From IMG/VR virus record IMGVR_UViG_3300033068_001182, positions 3,607-67,606 of that record: a DNA stretch of 64,000 nt; one strand, 5' to 3'. Origin of the DNA: a virus. The notes under the pieces are model-generated. The model searched no databases. It saw only the letters and a list, made by a program, of their open reading frames with translations, and was not told the DNA's origin. Position 1 is the first letter of the stretch. Every line of letters begins with the position of its first letter. Shown here one piece after another: positions 30,774 through 40,895 of the stretch. A program made the translations under genes and the position numbers.

Positions 30774-31433
30774 TTAGATTTTCTCTTTTTTCTCAAATGA
30801 GAATTTATAATTTTTATAACTTTTTGCTTTTCCTGTACAACATTTAGATATACCTTTATATTTAAAATCTTTTATATGTCTTGCAGAGGGATAACTTTTT
30901 ATAAAATATCCCTCTTTACTATACATATGAACTTCTTTCATAAAAGTATTTTTTCTATATTTATTTATATTATCATATTTGTGATAATTCCACATATATC
31001 CTCCAGCTTGTCTTCTCTTTCCAGAAGCTGCTGTACAAATATTAGATAAGTCAATATCTAACTTATTAGAGGCTGTTAACATATTTGGATATGTATCCAT
31101 ATACAAACCATCTAAATCATATCTATGAATTTCTCTACCGTTAATTTCTTTAGCAGATTTATCATTAAAAATAATATTATATTTTGGTTTAAATTTCTCA
31201 ATATAATATTTTTCTTTGGATATATCTTCTGTTTCTTCTATTAAAGAAATTAATGGTAATTCATTATGATATAATAAATCTTTTATCCAATTAGATTTAT
31301 TTTTATTATATCTATCTCTATGATAGGCTTCATGTAAATGTCCTACTAATCTTGCTTGTAAACAGTTTTTTGTACTTCCTATATACATTATAATTCCTGT
31401 ATTAGGATCTTTTAAGTTATAAATTTTATACAT
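30774..31433 (-). CDS. Intron-encoded GIY-YIG homing endonuclease with NUMOD1-like repeats
   Basis: KIYNL...MYIGST...RL..H; two C-terminal NUMOD1/HTH-like repeats; stop codon overlaps the intron S element. Confidence 0.85.
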   Translation of the reverse strand: MYKIYNLKDPNTGIIMYIGSTKNCLQARLVGHLHEAYHRDRYNKNKSNWIKDLLYHNELPLISLIEETEDISKEKYYIEKFKPKYNIIFNDKSAKEINGREIHRYDLDGLYMDTYPNMLTASNKLDIDLSNICTAASGKRRQAGGYMWNYHKYDNINKYRKNTFMKEVHMYSKEGYFIKSYPSARHIKDFKYKGISKCCTGKAKSYKNYKFSFEKKEKI

Positions 31434-31453
31434 TTCTAATAATTTTGTTTATA

Positions 31454-31485
31454 CAAATTTACTAAAAATATATGAGATTATCAAG
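31454..31485 (-). promoter_or_regulatory. Intron-internal promoter for the homing endonuclease
   Basis: CTTG-N20-TAAATTTG on the minus strand, ~20 nt upstream of the ATG at 31433. Confidence 0.55.
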
Positions 31486-31647
31486 AAAATCTCCTACTTT
31501 TTCCAAAATAATTAATTAGATTATTCTGTACTCCCCTTCCGAGGGATAGTCTCTACACGTTCCTATTAATAGGCTTCGCTCGGTATTGCCATAACTGTCT
31601 TTCAAGTCTTAGGTTTCACCGAATTAAATAGGTAAGGGCCTACCATG

Positions 31648-32211
31648 ACCCTTTATATTATCTATACTATCTCCAATTATCATAGAGTTCCAGAAATTAT
31701 AATCTGCTGTCTCTTTATCTGTATAAATTAAAGACATATCTCTTGAATTTAAATAACTACCTTCAATGCATTTAATTAAATCTTTATCTGTAGTTACTAT
31801 AATAGAGTCATAAGTATCTTTTAATTTATTTCTTGTAATATTTACCGCATCGTCTGCCTCAATGAAGTCACATACCTCAAAGTTCCATCTTTCAATAAGA
31901 TAATTTTTACATTCTTGCCAAAATCTGGGTTTAATAAGATTTTTTCTATTGGCTTTATATTCCGGGTATATATCATATCTAAAACATTTTTTTCCTCCAA
32001 TAAAACCTATATACTTATATATTTTAGTTGTTCTACAAATATTATATATAATATCATCAACTCCTCTATATACTTCTTCTTCGGTTTTATCCGTATAAAC
32101 AAATTTATTATTTTCTCTTAATGGTTCACCATTATTATCTAATACTTTATTACCTGTTGTTGCATAGTACAATATAAAATCACCGTCTATAATTAATAGA
32201 CTATTTTTCAT
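31648..32211 (-). CDS. Exon 1 of 5'-3' exonuclease (spliced product ~260 aa)
   Basis: IIDGD, FRYDIYPEYKANR, EADD, DKD, GDSIDNIKG motifs of T4 RNase H/FEN family. Confidence 0.9.
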
Positions 32212-32374
32212 ATATTTCTAAATTTTTATATACAATATTGTATATAAGATCATAATCTATTTCATGATATTCTGTATTCATTATTTCAGAAGCTACAGCA
32301 TCAGAAACATAATCTTTAAAATCTTGTTTTAAATTACATTTAGCTACATCATTTAAATTAGTTTCTTTTCCCAT
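32201..32374 (-). CDS. Small hypothetical protein (57 aa, not in ORF track)
   Basis: MGKETNLNDVAKC...IYEK* fills the gap and overlaps both neighbours. Confidence 0.5.
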   Translation of the reverse strand: MGKETNLNDVAKCNLKQDFKDYVSDAVASEIMNTEYHEIDYDLIYNIVYKNLEIYEK

Positions 32375-33119
32375 ATATATTAATTATTAATTTTTGTTCT
32401 TCTTCTTGGGGAATAAGAATAGTTTCTGATTCATCTCTTGATATTACATAACAATTATCATCAGGTATTAGTTTTAATTCTGTCAAAGTATCTCTAAATC
32501 CTTTAGCCCATACCCATTTATTATCATTATCAATATTATGTTTACCTTCATCATGCATGTAAAATAAAAATTCTACAGTTAATGGATAATCATCTAATTT
32601 AAATGGTTCTACTTTGTCCAAATGAATTTTAAAATAATCATGTAAAAAGTTTCTTAGAAAATTTCTACTAAAACTATTATTTTTTTGATTATAAATATCT
32701 TGACCATTTACTTTTACAAATCTTGGTTTATTAGCTGACTTCTTATTAGAAATCATTATAATACCATCTGAAACTCTTTGAAGTATTTCACATTTTTTAC
32801 CATAATAACTAGTAGATAACCATTTATAATTCTCATTATCATACATTTTAGGTAATCTACATTTACCTTTAATATATGGTATTTCTCTGGCTTTATTAGC
32901 CTTTTTAATATATTCACTAAAATTATCTATCTTAATTGATAGTAATTTATTTCTCTTTAAATTATTTCTTTCAACATTAACTATATTAAATTGTTCTTGC
33001 CACCAATCAGTAACATCTTGATTATTTAATAGTTCTTGATAATGCTTATAAACTTCTAACCATTTTTCAGGATTATTATTTATTTTTTCTAACTTACTCC
33101 AATCTCTCTCTTCACCCAT
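32358..33119 (-). CDS. RusA-like Holliday junction resolvase with N-terminal extension
   Basis: C-terminal DNDN....KGFRDTL....LIPDD. Confidence 0.6.
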   Translation of the reverse strand: MGEERDWSKLEKINNNPEKWLEVYKHYQELLNNQDVTDWWQEQFNIVNVERNNLKRNKLLSIKIDNFSEYIKKANKAREIPYIKGKCRLPKMYDNENYKWLSTSYYGKKCEILQRVSDGIIMISNKKSANKPRFVKVNGQDIYNQKNNSFSRNFLRNFLHDYFKIHLDKVEPFKLDDYPLTVEFLFYMHDEGKHNIDNDNKWVWAKGFRDTLTELKLIPDDNCYVISRDESETILIPQEEEQKLIINIYGKRN

Positions 33120-33122
33120 CCA

Positions 33123-34100
33123 TTATATTAATTTATTCATTAATTTCTTAGATTCTTCTAGTGTATAAAATTTTGTAAAATCTGATATATCTTTTTGATT
33201 ATATTCTAAAGGAATTATTATATTTGATGTATTTAGCTCTGTAGCTAATTTATTACCATATTTTAAACCTTCTTTATCATTATCATAAAATACAATTATA
33301 TTATCAAAACAAGAATATAAGTAATATATTATTTTATCAGGAATTCTCATTCCTTCTCCACCTGGAGCTATTGCATTATAACCTAATACTTTTAATACTA
33401 AAACATCTTTCATAGATTTAGTAATAATAAGTAATTCTCCCTTACTAGGAAGTTGTTTTAATCCTTGTATATCAAAGCTATCTGTATTACTTACCCATTT
33501 ACCACTTTTACTATAATTTAATGGTCTATATATTTTATAATGTCCATCTAATTCATAAGAATAAATTGGATTAATATTATAATATTCTCCCCATCTTATG
33601 TGTTCTCCACGTTTTGTTATTATGTCAATATATTTACAAGATCTTCCACCATAATTATATAATAAATCTAAAGGTATATAAAATTCATTCCAATATTTAT
33701 AATCTATTTTAGTAAAACTTTGATATGTAGGTATAATTTGAGTTTTTAATATCTCTCTTTCTACTATATTAATTTTACTTCTAATAGCTTGTATATTGTT
33801 ATTATCTATTTTAAAATCATTACTTATTAAATCTATAGCTTTAGGAAGATTTAAATTATATAAATCTTTTACAAAATTAAAAACACTTCCTTGTTTACCA
33901 CATCCAAAACATTTATGATTAAGTTCTCCATATTTATTTTTATAGAATCTTAAACTTGGTGTTTTATCATCATGAAAACAACATCTTATAGGTTTATCTA
34001 TATTAACACTTTCTTTTAGATAAAATTCATATATATCTTTTTCATTTACTTTATTTAGTATATCATTAATTCTTAATGGTTTCTTATCAAAATCTATCAC
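33123..34100 (-). CDS. dnaG: DNA primase (CHC2 zinc finger + TOPRIM)
   Basis: CCFHDDKTPS...KCFGC; ITKSMKDV; YDNDKEG. Confidence 0.9.
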   Translation of the reverse strand: MIDFDKKPLRINDILNKVNEKDIYEFYLKESVNIDKPIRCCFHDDKTPSLRFYKNKYGELNHKCFGCGKQGSVFNFVKDLYNLNLPKAIDLISNDFKIDNNNIQAIRSKINIVEREILKTQIIPTYQSFTKIDYKYWNEFYIPLDLLYNYGGRSCKYIDIITKRGEHIRWGEYYNINPIYSYELDGHYKIYRPLNYSKSGKWVSNTDSFDIQGLKQLPSKGELLIITKSMKDVLVLKVLGYNAIAPGGEGMRIPDKIIYYLYSCFDNIIVFYDNDKEGLKYGNKLATELNTSNIIIPLEYNQKDISDFTKFYTLEESKKLMNKLI

Positions 34101-34114
34101 ATAATCTCCTTATT

Positions 34115-34333
34115 TTATACTATCCATCTGATTAATAACTGAGCTTCAATTTCATCCGGAAATTCTTTTTCTCCCATTTCTTTTAAAGGAACTTTAAAGC
34201 CAACTAACCCCAATGATGTTTCAGCTAAGTAAGTTTTATATTTTCTTACTTTAAAATTAAACATTGTGTCATCTTGTAAAGTAGCAATTGGTTTTTCCTT
34301 ATAAAGAGCTTTTTTAATCTCATTTATATTCAT
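34115..34333 (-). CDS. Hypothetical protein
   Basis: 72-aa ORF. Confidence 0.55.
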   Translation of the reverse strand: MNINEIKKALYKEKPIATLQDDTMFNFKVRKYKTYLAETSLGLVGFKVPLKEMGEKEFPDEIEAQLLIRWIV

Positions 34334-34345
34334 ATTATTTATATT

Positions 34346-34371
34346 AAAAAGTAGAGGATTTCTCCTCTACT
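34346..34371 (-). terminator. Intrinsic terminator downstream of SSB
   Basis: AGTAGAGGA-GAAA-TCCTCTACT followed by T run on the minus strand. Confidence 0.8.
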
Positions 34372-34386
34372 GTTATTATCTATTTT

Positions 34387-34929
34387 TTAAAATGGTAATC
34401 CATCATCTTCAACAGACACATTTACTGCTTTAGATGTTGGTTGTGAATCTGTAAGATCCTTAATAATTGGCTCTGCTGCTAATCCTTCAGGATCAACATA
34501 TCCAGCAAATCTTAAAGTTGGATATACATTCACATATACTTTATCATTTTTTACATTTGTTCTTTTTTCACCGTCTACAACTACTGTTTTAGACTTTCCA
34601 ATTAGTTTACCAGATAAGGCTGTTGCTACACTTTGAGCTAATTCCATTCCTTCTCCAGGAAAACTTCCTGTCATTTTTGTTCCTGTAAATTTTTCTACAA
34701 GATATTGTAATTTAGGTAGTGTTTTTTCTGTTAACCAAAATCTATGATTAAAAGAAGCTTCTGCTTCTTTAGATTCAAAAGTAACTACTACTCCTGCACT
34801 TCCTGTTCCTGCCACTGTTGGCTCTACTGCACTGATCATTAAGGTATTTAAACCTGGTTTCACACTTTTAAAGGTTGATTCTCTTACTTCACCATTTGCA
34901 CTCTCTACTTCATCAAAATTTAAATTCAT
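34387..34929 (-). CDS. Single-stranded DNA-binding protein (DUF669-like)
   Basis: OB-like beta pattern, acidic tail ending DDGLPF; next to Sak4-like ATPase. Confidence 0.7.
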   Translation of the reverse strand: MNLNFDEVESANGEVRESTFKSVKPGLNTLMISAVEPTVAGTGSAGVVVTFESKEAEASFNHRFWLTEKTLPKLQYLVEKFTGTKMTGSFPGEGMELAQSVATALSGKLIGKSKTVVVDGEKRTNVKNDKVYVNVYPTLRFAGYVDPEGLAAEPIIKDLTDSQPTSKAVNVSVEDDGLPF

Positions 34930-34937
34930 CTCTTTCT

Positions 34938-35172
34938 CTATTTTATTTGTTTTTTTATGTTTAAAATTATTGGTTCAAAATAATCTCCATTATATGAACC
35001 ACCTACTTCACTAGCAGCTAAATCAATAAATTGAACTGCATATTTTTTAGCTATTTCTATAGCTTCTTCTTTACCAATAAATGATTTTAATTCTCCTTCT
35101 TTTTCTTCTACAAAATGTAAAGGAAAATTTTTAAAATCATCTATAAAATTATCAAATGATTTTATTTTTCAT
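34938..35172 (-). pseudogene. Small gene with a one-base frameshift in the A-run just after its ATG (or ATA start)
   Basis: ATG coupled to upstream TAA gives MKNKII*; shifted frame reads IKSFDNFIDDF...KQIK* for ~75 codons. Confidence 0.45.
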
Positions 35173-35831
35173 TATTTTACATATTCAAGAATTGCTTTTT
35201 GAATCATATCACAATCATTATCTGTACGATGACTATTTAATAGATCAGGCGGACATTTAGCTGATGATCCTTCTAATACAGTATCAAACCAAGCTTCTAC
35301 TTCTTTCTTTTCATTAATTTTTCTATCAGCATATAGTACAATTGTAAATTCTTTTTCAATTACACCTTCCCATTCTTTTCCTTTTACTTTAACTCTTCTT
35401 TCTTGAGTTCCTTCAGGACTTAATACTTCATAATGAGCTGTAACATATACTTCTTTTGGAATTCTTTTAATCAAATTTAAAAGTTTACCAATTTCTTCAG
35501 CATATAAATTCCATACATCAAATCCTTTTTTAGTTTTTCTACATTCTAATAATAGTAAATCAACATAAGCTGAAAAACTATCAAAAAATATTTGTTTAAT
35601 GTTTGGGTTTTTAGCATATTCTATCAAAGCTGAATAAGCTTCTGTATAAGAATTACATCTTATATGATTTTCAAAACTTCCTTTAAAAGGTAAAGGTTTG
35701 TTTTCTACATTAATAAATCCTGTTGTTTTTCTATCTAAATTTCTAGCTGAAAAAGTTTTACCTTTTCCAGATTGAGATACTAATAATATTTTATAGTAAT
35801 CTCTAGTTACTTTATCTGCATTCTCTGCCAC
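35172..35831 (-). CDS. AAA_24/Sak4-like P-loop ATPase (recombination/annealing)
   Basis: SQSGKGKT Walker A, IFFDS Walker B, TAH, SAKCP. Confidence 0.8.
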   Translation of the reverse strand: MAENADKVTRDYYKILLVSQSGKGKTFSARNLDRKTTGFINVENKPLPFKGSFENHIRCNSYTEAYSALIEYAKNPNIKQIFFDSFSAYVDLLLLECRKTKKGFDVWNLYAEEIGKLLNLIKRIPKEVYVTAHYEVLSPEGTQERRVKVKGKEWEGVIEKEFTIVLYADRKINEKKEVEAWFDTVLEGSSAKCPPDLLNSHRTDNDCDMIQKAILEYVK

Positions 35832-35843
35832 ATTCCCTCCTCT

Positions 35844-36986
35844 TTATAAATTAAATTGTTTTTGTATTTGTACGTAGTTTTCTTCTGTCATACGTGCAGG
35901 TAATTCTTTAAAGTAATTAACAGCTCCATGAAATAGTAGGTGGTCTGAACAAAACCCTGATCCGTTTCTATTTACTAGCACTAATAATTCTCTATAGTGA
36001 TCACCCAGTTTTTCTATATTATATCCTTCATGAGATCTTATTTTATATCTCGAAGGTGCAAATAACCCAATCATAACATCAACATCTCTACCTACAAGTT
36101 TATTATCTCCTAATCCGTCTGCTGATGGTTTTAGTTTCTCTAAGATACTTTCTCCTGTATTTGTATATTGTTGTTTTTCTTGAGCTGCTGCTTGTTGTTG
36201 TATATTCACAATAGTATAAAACCATTTATCCCTCATGTGTAAACAATAATCTGAACTAAATTTACTCATAGCTTCATGTAATTGTTGACCTTTTTCTGGT
36301 AATAATAAACTTATATGGTCTGTTATTACTAAAACATATTCATCAGGATCATTTGGTATATATGTATCATTTACTTCTTTAGTTTCAGATTTACCATCAT
36401 CATTAACAAAATTTACATTCTTTTTAGTATAGTGGCCATGCATCTCCGCATAAGCTCTCATATACTTATATATTCCATAAGGATTACGTATATTGTCAAT
36501 TATTGTAACAGTTTTTTCTAATTCTTTAAAGTAATCATCATATTCATCTAACAGTTTTTCTATATCATCATTTAAAATCTTTTTTTCAAATGTTGAATAT
36601 AAATCTTCTGGACTAACTATAATACCTTTATCTTTAAATATCTTATAAGAAAGTATTGATAACAATTTTCTTTCTTTAGACATTTCTAAACTAAAATAAA
36701 ATATTTTTAATTTAATATTTTTAGGTTTATTTTTAGTTATAAATTCGTATGGTTCATATACAAATAAATAATCAGCCAATTGAGTCTTACCAACTTTTGA
36801 GTTAGCTGTGACTAAATAATATCTGCTTTTTTGTATTCCTGGAATTACAGAAGATAATCCAGGTAAATTTTTCCAAGGTATAGAATTATATCCTCCTTGT
36901 AATCTAATTTGTTTGTTTTGTTTTATTTTTGTTTTTATTCTACTAAATAGACTTGTTTTATCATCTTCTTCAATCATCCTTCTCAC
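35844..36986 (-). CDS. dnaB: DnaB-like superfamily 4 replicative helicase
   Basis: ANSKVGKT, YFSLEM, ITDHISLL, IQQQ, RDVD, NRNG. Confidence 0.9.
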   Translation of the reverse strand: MRRMIEEDDKTSLFSRIKTKIKQNKQIRLQGGYNSIPWKNLPGLSSVIPGIQKSRYYLVTANSKVGKTQLADYLFVYEPYEFITKNKPKNIKLKIFYFSLEMSKERKLLSILSYKIFKDKGIIVSPEDLYSTFEKKILNDDIEKLLDEYDDYFKELEKTVTIIDNIRNPYGIYKYMRAYAEMHGHYTKKNVNFVNDDGKSETKEVNDTYIPNDPDEYVLVITDHISLLLPEKGQQLHEAMSKFSSDYCLHMRDKWFYTIVNIQQQAAAQEKQQYTNTGESILEKLKPSADGLGDNKLVGRDVDVMIGLFAPSRYKIRSHEGYNIEKLGDHYRELLVLVNRNGSGFCSDHLLFHGAVNYFKELPARMTEENYVQIQKQFNL

Positions 36987-36995
36987 ACCTATTTA

Positions 36996-37634
36996 TTAGT
37001 TAAGTTTTTTAGTAAACTTATCAACACTATAATCTACATCTAAATTTTCAATTTCACGAGTATCTAATTTATTCACTACATCTTCACAACATGATGCTAA
37101 AGTTGAAACATCATTTTTCATTATAAAATAATGAGCTAATTGCATGTATTGAAATTGTTTCATTCTCATGTAATTAATATAATCTTTTGTTGCTCTTATA
37201 ATTATGTCTTTATTAAATTCAGGATATGTTTTTACAAACTTTTCCATTTTTTTTAGACATCCTGCTTTATCAGATTTAATTAAATATCCTCCAGATTTTA
37301 CTCCTTGTGGAAATAAATCAAACCATTCATCAAACCAGTCTGAAAGTTTATTACTAATCAACTTAGATGCTACAGGTTTCTCAATAAAATCTTCTACAAA
37401 TAAATCTGTAACAAACATATTGCTAAACCTATAGTCATCTTCTTCTTTTTTTAGATCTAAGTAACCTAAAGATCTTATCATATCTAGTGAATCTCTATCT
37501 GCAAATTCTCCAAATACACTTCTATATTTACTTAAATCAGGTTGTGCTTGTTGATAAATAAATTGACAAAACATAAACTGATTAAAATCTAATCCATATT
37601 TTCTAAGTTTTTCTGTATTTATTTCAACTATCAT
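36996..37634 (-). CDS. Putative replication initiator/helicase-loader-like protein
   Basis: wHTH-like N-terminus, FDEWFDLFP motif; position upstream of the helicase. Confidence 0.45.
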   Translation of the reverse strand: MIVEINTEKLRKYGLDFNQFMFCQFIYQQAQPDLSKYRSVFGEFADRDSLDMIRSLGYLDLKKEEDDYRFSNMFVTDLFVEDFIEKPVASKLISNKLSDWFDEWFDLFPQGVKSGGYLIKSDKAGCLKKMEKFVKTYPEFNKDIIIRATKDYINYMRMKQFQYMQLAHYFIMKNDVSTLASCCEDVVNKLDTREIENLDVDYSVDKFTKKLN

Positions 37635-37708
37635 TTTTTATTTTTAACATTTTTCTAATTTATAGAAACCTCCATCAGCTTTAATTAATAAGGCTATGTT
37701 AAAAATAT

Positions 37709-37903
37709 TTATTCTTCTTCTAAATCAAAAAAATTTGATTGATCTGCAAAAATTTTTGTTCCTGCAAGTTCACTAGCATCATTAAATTCTTCTTCTTTAA
37801 TTGAATATAATTGTATTCCACTACCTTCACAAATTGTGCAAATATCATGATTATTTTTTATACCTTTACCATTACATATTTTACACTTTTTTCCATTATT
37901 CAT
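37709..37903 (-). CDS. DnaJ-type zinc-finger small protein
   Basis: CKICNGKG...CTICEGSG. Confidence 0.65.
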   Translation of the reverse strand: MNNGKKCKICNGKGIKNNHDICTICEGSGIQLYSIKEEEFNDASELAGTKIFADQSNFFDLEEE

Positions 37904-38130
37904 AATCCTAATACTTCTTTGTAATAAAATTCATTATCTTCTATAATTGTATCAATTGTTGGTTCATATAATAAAAATATTTGTTTTTCATTACATTTTA
38001 CACCAAATTCATTTTGTATAATCTTTGCAATTTCAAAACATGTTTTAAATTTTATTTTTTCTGGTTGTTTTTCTAATATTCTTAGATACAGTTCAATTTC
38101 GTCTAATTCTGCTTTTTCAAGATTTTTCAA
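37900..38130 (-). CDS. Hypothetical protein
   Basis: 76-aa ORF, TTG start. Confidence 0.45.
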   Translation of the reverse strand: MKNLEKAELDEIELYLRILEKQPEKIKFKTCFEIAKIIQNEFGVKCNEKQIFLLYEPTIDTIIEDNEFYYKEVLGL

Positions 38131-38172
38131 AATAATTATTGTTAAATATGCTTTATTTAAAAATTAATATAT

Positions 38173-38358
38173 TTATATCAATTGTTTAATTTGTTTTTCT
38201 GTATTCTCAATTTCTAAACTTAGAATATCTATATAATCTTTCATATCAACATCTATATTTATAAATTTATCATTAACAATTGAATTTTTTTCATTTGTAG
38301 ATTCATATAATTTAAAAAATAATTTTTTTAAATTATTAAATTTTGTTTGTTTACTCAT
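38173..38358 (-). CDS. Hypothetical protein
   Basis: 61-aa ORF overlapping upstream neighbour. Confidence 0.45.
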   Translation of the reverse strand: MSKQTKFNNLKKLFFKLYESTNEKNSIVNDKFINIDVDMKDYIDILSLEIENTEKQIKQLI

Positions 38359-38572
38359 TTACTTCAACTACATTAACTTTAGATTCGTAAATTTCTTCTT
38401 CTTGTTCAAAATTATGATTTTGACAAGGTGTACCTACAGCTTCATAAAAAAATCTTTGAATATTATTCATTTCAAGATAATCGTGATATGAAATATATTC
38501 TTTTAAAGGATGTTGTGTATGAGTTGTAAATTCAGAAAATTCTTCTTTTATTTTATATCTTCTTAATATCAT
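38351..38572 (-). CDS. Hypothetical protein
   Basis: 73-aa ORF coupled to neighbours. Confidence 0.5.
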   Translation of the reverse strand: MILRRYKIKEEFSEFTTHTQHPLKEYISYHDYLEMNNIQRFFYEAVGTPCQNHNFEQEEEIYESKVNVVEVNE

Positions 38573-38907
38573 TATTTAAATTTTACAAAACCTAATGAAA
38601 GCTTAATACATCTTTTACGATATACAATTAAACTATGTTCAACAATATCTGGTCTAAATATAATAAAAGTTCTATTAATATAAAAACACTCGTTAGCAAT
38701 AAAAGTTGCTACTCCTTTTAATTTAATATTTAATCTCCAATGTTTTCCTCCTTTTACAGGATCTTTATGTTTTGGAAGTATTGTATTTGGTTCATATTTT
38801 ATAATATAACCATCAAATCCAAATTTCCATAATCTAAAGTTCCATAAAGGAAATTTCTGGTAAGAACATTTTTTGTTCCTACCAGCTTGCCATTTCCATA
38901 AATTCAT
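38572..38907 (-). CDS. Small 2OG-Fe(II) oxygenase-like protein
   Basis: PKHKD...RLNI...FRPD..EH: HxD...H facial triad. Confidence 0.65.
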   Translation of the reverse strand: MNLWKWQAGRNKKCSYQKFPLWNFRLWKFGFDGYIIKYEPNTILPKHKDPVKGGKHWRLNIKLKGVATFIANECFYINRTFIIFRPDIVEHSLIVYRKRCIKLSLGFVKFK

Positions 38908-38909
38908 AT

Positions 38910-39035
38910 TTATTTTTTAACTGCTCCTGGTGGAGGCGGAGCACAACCAGTTTTAACTATACAATTACAATTTTTTAATTGTCCAATTTTAGGATATTTT
39001 TTACATACAGGACAAGGTTTTAATACGTATCCCAT
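38910..39035 (-). CDS. Small Cys/Pro-rich protein (41 aa, not in ORF track)
   Basis: MGYVLKPCPVCKK...CNC...GCAPPPPGAVKK*; TAATG coupling. Confidence 0.5.
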   Translation of the reverse strand: MGYVLKPCPVCKKYPKIGQLKNCNCIVKTGCAPPPPGAVKK

Positions 39036-39256
39036 TAGTCAAATAATCCTCCACCTTCAAATATGTCTCCAACTACTCCTCCAAGCATATCTCCTCCTAA
39101 AAATCCTCCTAATAAAGCACTTCCAGTAACAGCACCGATTGCAGCACTAATTAAAAAACTATTATCTGATGAACTATATGTCCTACCTGTACTACCACAT
39201 CTATGATTGGTATTTCTAGGAACTTCTTCATTACAATGTTTACAATAATTTGCCAT
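39035..39256 (-). CDS. Small protein with Cys/His knuckle and Gly-rich hydrophobic segment
   Basis: CKHC...HRC then AAIGAVTGSALLGGFLGG. Confidence 0.55.
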   Translation of the reverse strand: MANYCKHCNEEVPRNTNHRCGSTGRTYSSSDNSFLISAAIGAVTGSALLGGFLGGDMLGGVVGDIFEGGGLFD

Positions 39257-40884
39257 TATTTTAATTTTTCTCTAACTTCATTTAAAGTGGTTAATTTAAT
39301 TAATTTACTATCTTTAAATATTGTTGTTAATAAACCAGATTGCTCTTGTTTCCAAGTACATTGATCTACTACAAAAATATCTTTAGTCATACCAGTTTCA
39401 TTACCAATAATACATAATAAACCTTTCTTAGACTTCTTAGTACCATCATCAGTAATAGGATCTTTGAAGATTTCTCTAGCTTCTACTATATAATCTTTAC
39501 TTCCATCAGCAATATCTCCTTTAGAATTTTTGTGAGTAATCTCACCATAAGTAGCTTTCATAGCAAATCCAAAAGTATCACGAGTGTTATATTGATAAGT
39601 GTAACTTCCTACACCAAATACAATATTAGTACTAGCAAATCCTTTAGCTTTTAATCTTTCACAAATTTGTTCAGCTCTTTCTAAAGTAATAGAATCACCA
39701 TAAATAGCTCCAATATGTGGATCTAATACTTTGTAACCTTGTTCGTTAATAGTACCACCAAAGACATCCCAGAGAAGTTCTATTACACCTTTTTCTTCTG
39801 GTGTTGGCTCAACATTTAATAGCTTCCAATTGTCTACTGTTAAGAATTCTCCATCTAACCTGTAAGAAGTCTTTTTAGGAAGAGTGTTTTCAGGATAAAT
39901 CATATATATTCCATCTATAGATATAGTTTCATGATCAAAAGTTCCTACTCCTCTTTTTAGTATTTCTCTAGCTGTGCCACAAATAATGTCAGCAGGATCA
40001 CCAGAATCAGGACGTATTACTAATTTACCATCTCTACCAAGAATTTCTTCTTTTAATTGTGGTAAATATTCAGTACAAACCTTCCATAAATCCCAAGTAT
40101 CAGATACAACAGATAATATACCATTAGGATATTTATCTAATAATCTTTTAAAAGTTTCTATTTCAGATTCTTTAGTACCCATACACATGACACTATGTTC
40201 AGTTGCTGGTACAGAGGCTCCAATGAGTCCTGTTGCATTATAACTTTTTTCTAACTGATATATACCAGGAATAGTATCAGTGCCTGTAAAGCTTGTTAAA
40301 TGAGCCATACCACTAATAATAGCAGATTCAATACTAGACATTCCTCTCATACTAAAATCATGAGCTTGCCATTGAACTCCTTCTATAGATCCTGTAGTTT
40401 CTAAAGCATATTTATTAAGAAGTTTTTTATATTCATAGGCAATAGTAGCTGAAGTAATACCTTGCCATAAACAAGCACTTAATAAAGTTTCTAAATAGTT
40501 AACTAACCAAGCAAAGTCTGGATGTGTATTTTTAATTGTTAATAAAGGTACACCAATAGGACATAAAGTACCTTCTGGTAAAGCTTTAATTTCAATAGGT
40601 AAATAGCCTAATGCATGTAGTTCTCCTATTCTTTTAACATTAATAGGAATATGTCTAGAATACTCTTCTAATATTTTAGATATTCCTACATTAAAAAATT
40701 CTTCGTTAAAACTTTTAATAAGATATTCTAAAATAAAATGTTGTATTCCCCATACAACTACATGGTTTACTCCTTTAATTCTAGATTTTCTAGGAGTAAA
40801 ATTTGAGTATAATAAACTCATATTATCAGGATACATATCCTGATGATGTGGCTTATAAAAGTCCACATATAACATTGGATTCAT
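39256..40884 (-). CDS. Nicotinamide phosphoribosyltransferase-family protein (NAMPT/Namat-like)
   Basis: DFYK..H, HDFSMRG, SVPATEHS, SVVSDTWD, VIRPDSGDP, YGDSI, TRDTFGFAMK, KKSKKG. Confidence 0.92.
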   Translation of the reverse strand: MNPMLYVDFYKPHHQDMYPDNMSLLYSNFTPRKSRIKGVNHVVVWGIQHFILEYLIKSFNEEFFNVGISKILEEYSRHIPINVKRIGELHALGYLPIEIKALPEGTLCPIGVPLLTIKNTHPDFAWLVNYLETLLSACLWQGITSATIAYEYKKLLNKYALETTGSIEGVQWQAHDFSMRGMSSIESAIISGMAHLTSFTGTDTIPGIYQLEKSYNATGLIGASVPATEHSVMCMGTKESEIETFKRLLDKYPNGILSVVSDTWDLWKVCTEYLPQLKEEILGRDGKLVIRPDSGDPADIICGTAREILKRGVGTFDHETISIDGIYMIYPENTLPKKTSYRLDGEFLTVDNWKLLNVEPTPEEKGVIELLWDVFGGTINEQGYKVLDPHIGAIYGDSITLERAEQICERLKAKGFASTNIVFGVGSYTYQYNTRDTFGFAMKATYGEITHKNSKGDIADGSKDYIVEAREIFKDPITDDGTKKSKKGLLCIIGNETGMTKDIFVVDQCTWKQEQSGLLTTIFKDSKLIKLTTLNEVREKLK

Positions 40885-40895
40885 AATTTTTAATT

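Larger units (their letters stand above)
30696..31647 (-). ncRNA. Group I self-splicing intron (952 nt)
   Basis: P1 AAGGGU/GCCCUU with U.G at the 5' splice site; P10 GGUAG/UUACC; P/Q AAUUCGGUGAA..AAUACCGAG; R GUAGAGACUA; S AAGAUAUAGUCC; terminal G at 30696. Confidence 0.9.

Noticed and set aside
31624-31647. C-terminus HGRPLPI* of the 195-aa ORF in the track
   Set aside because: This is intron P1/P10 sequence read through, not coding
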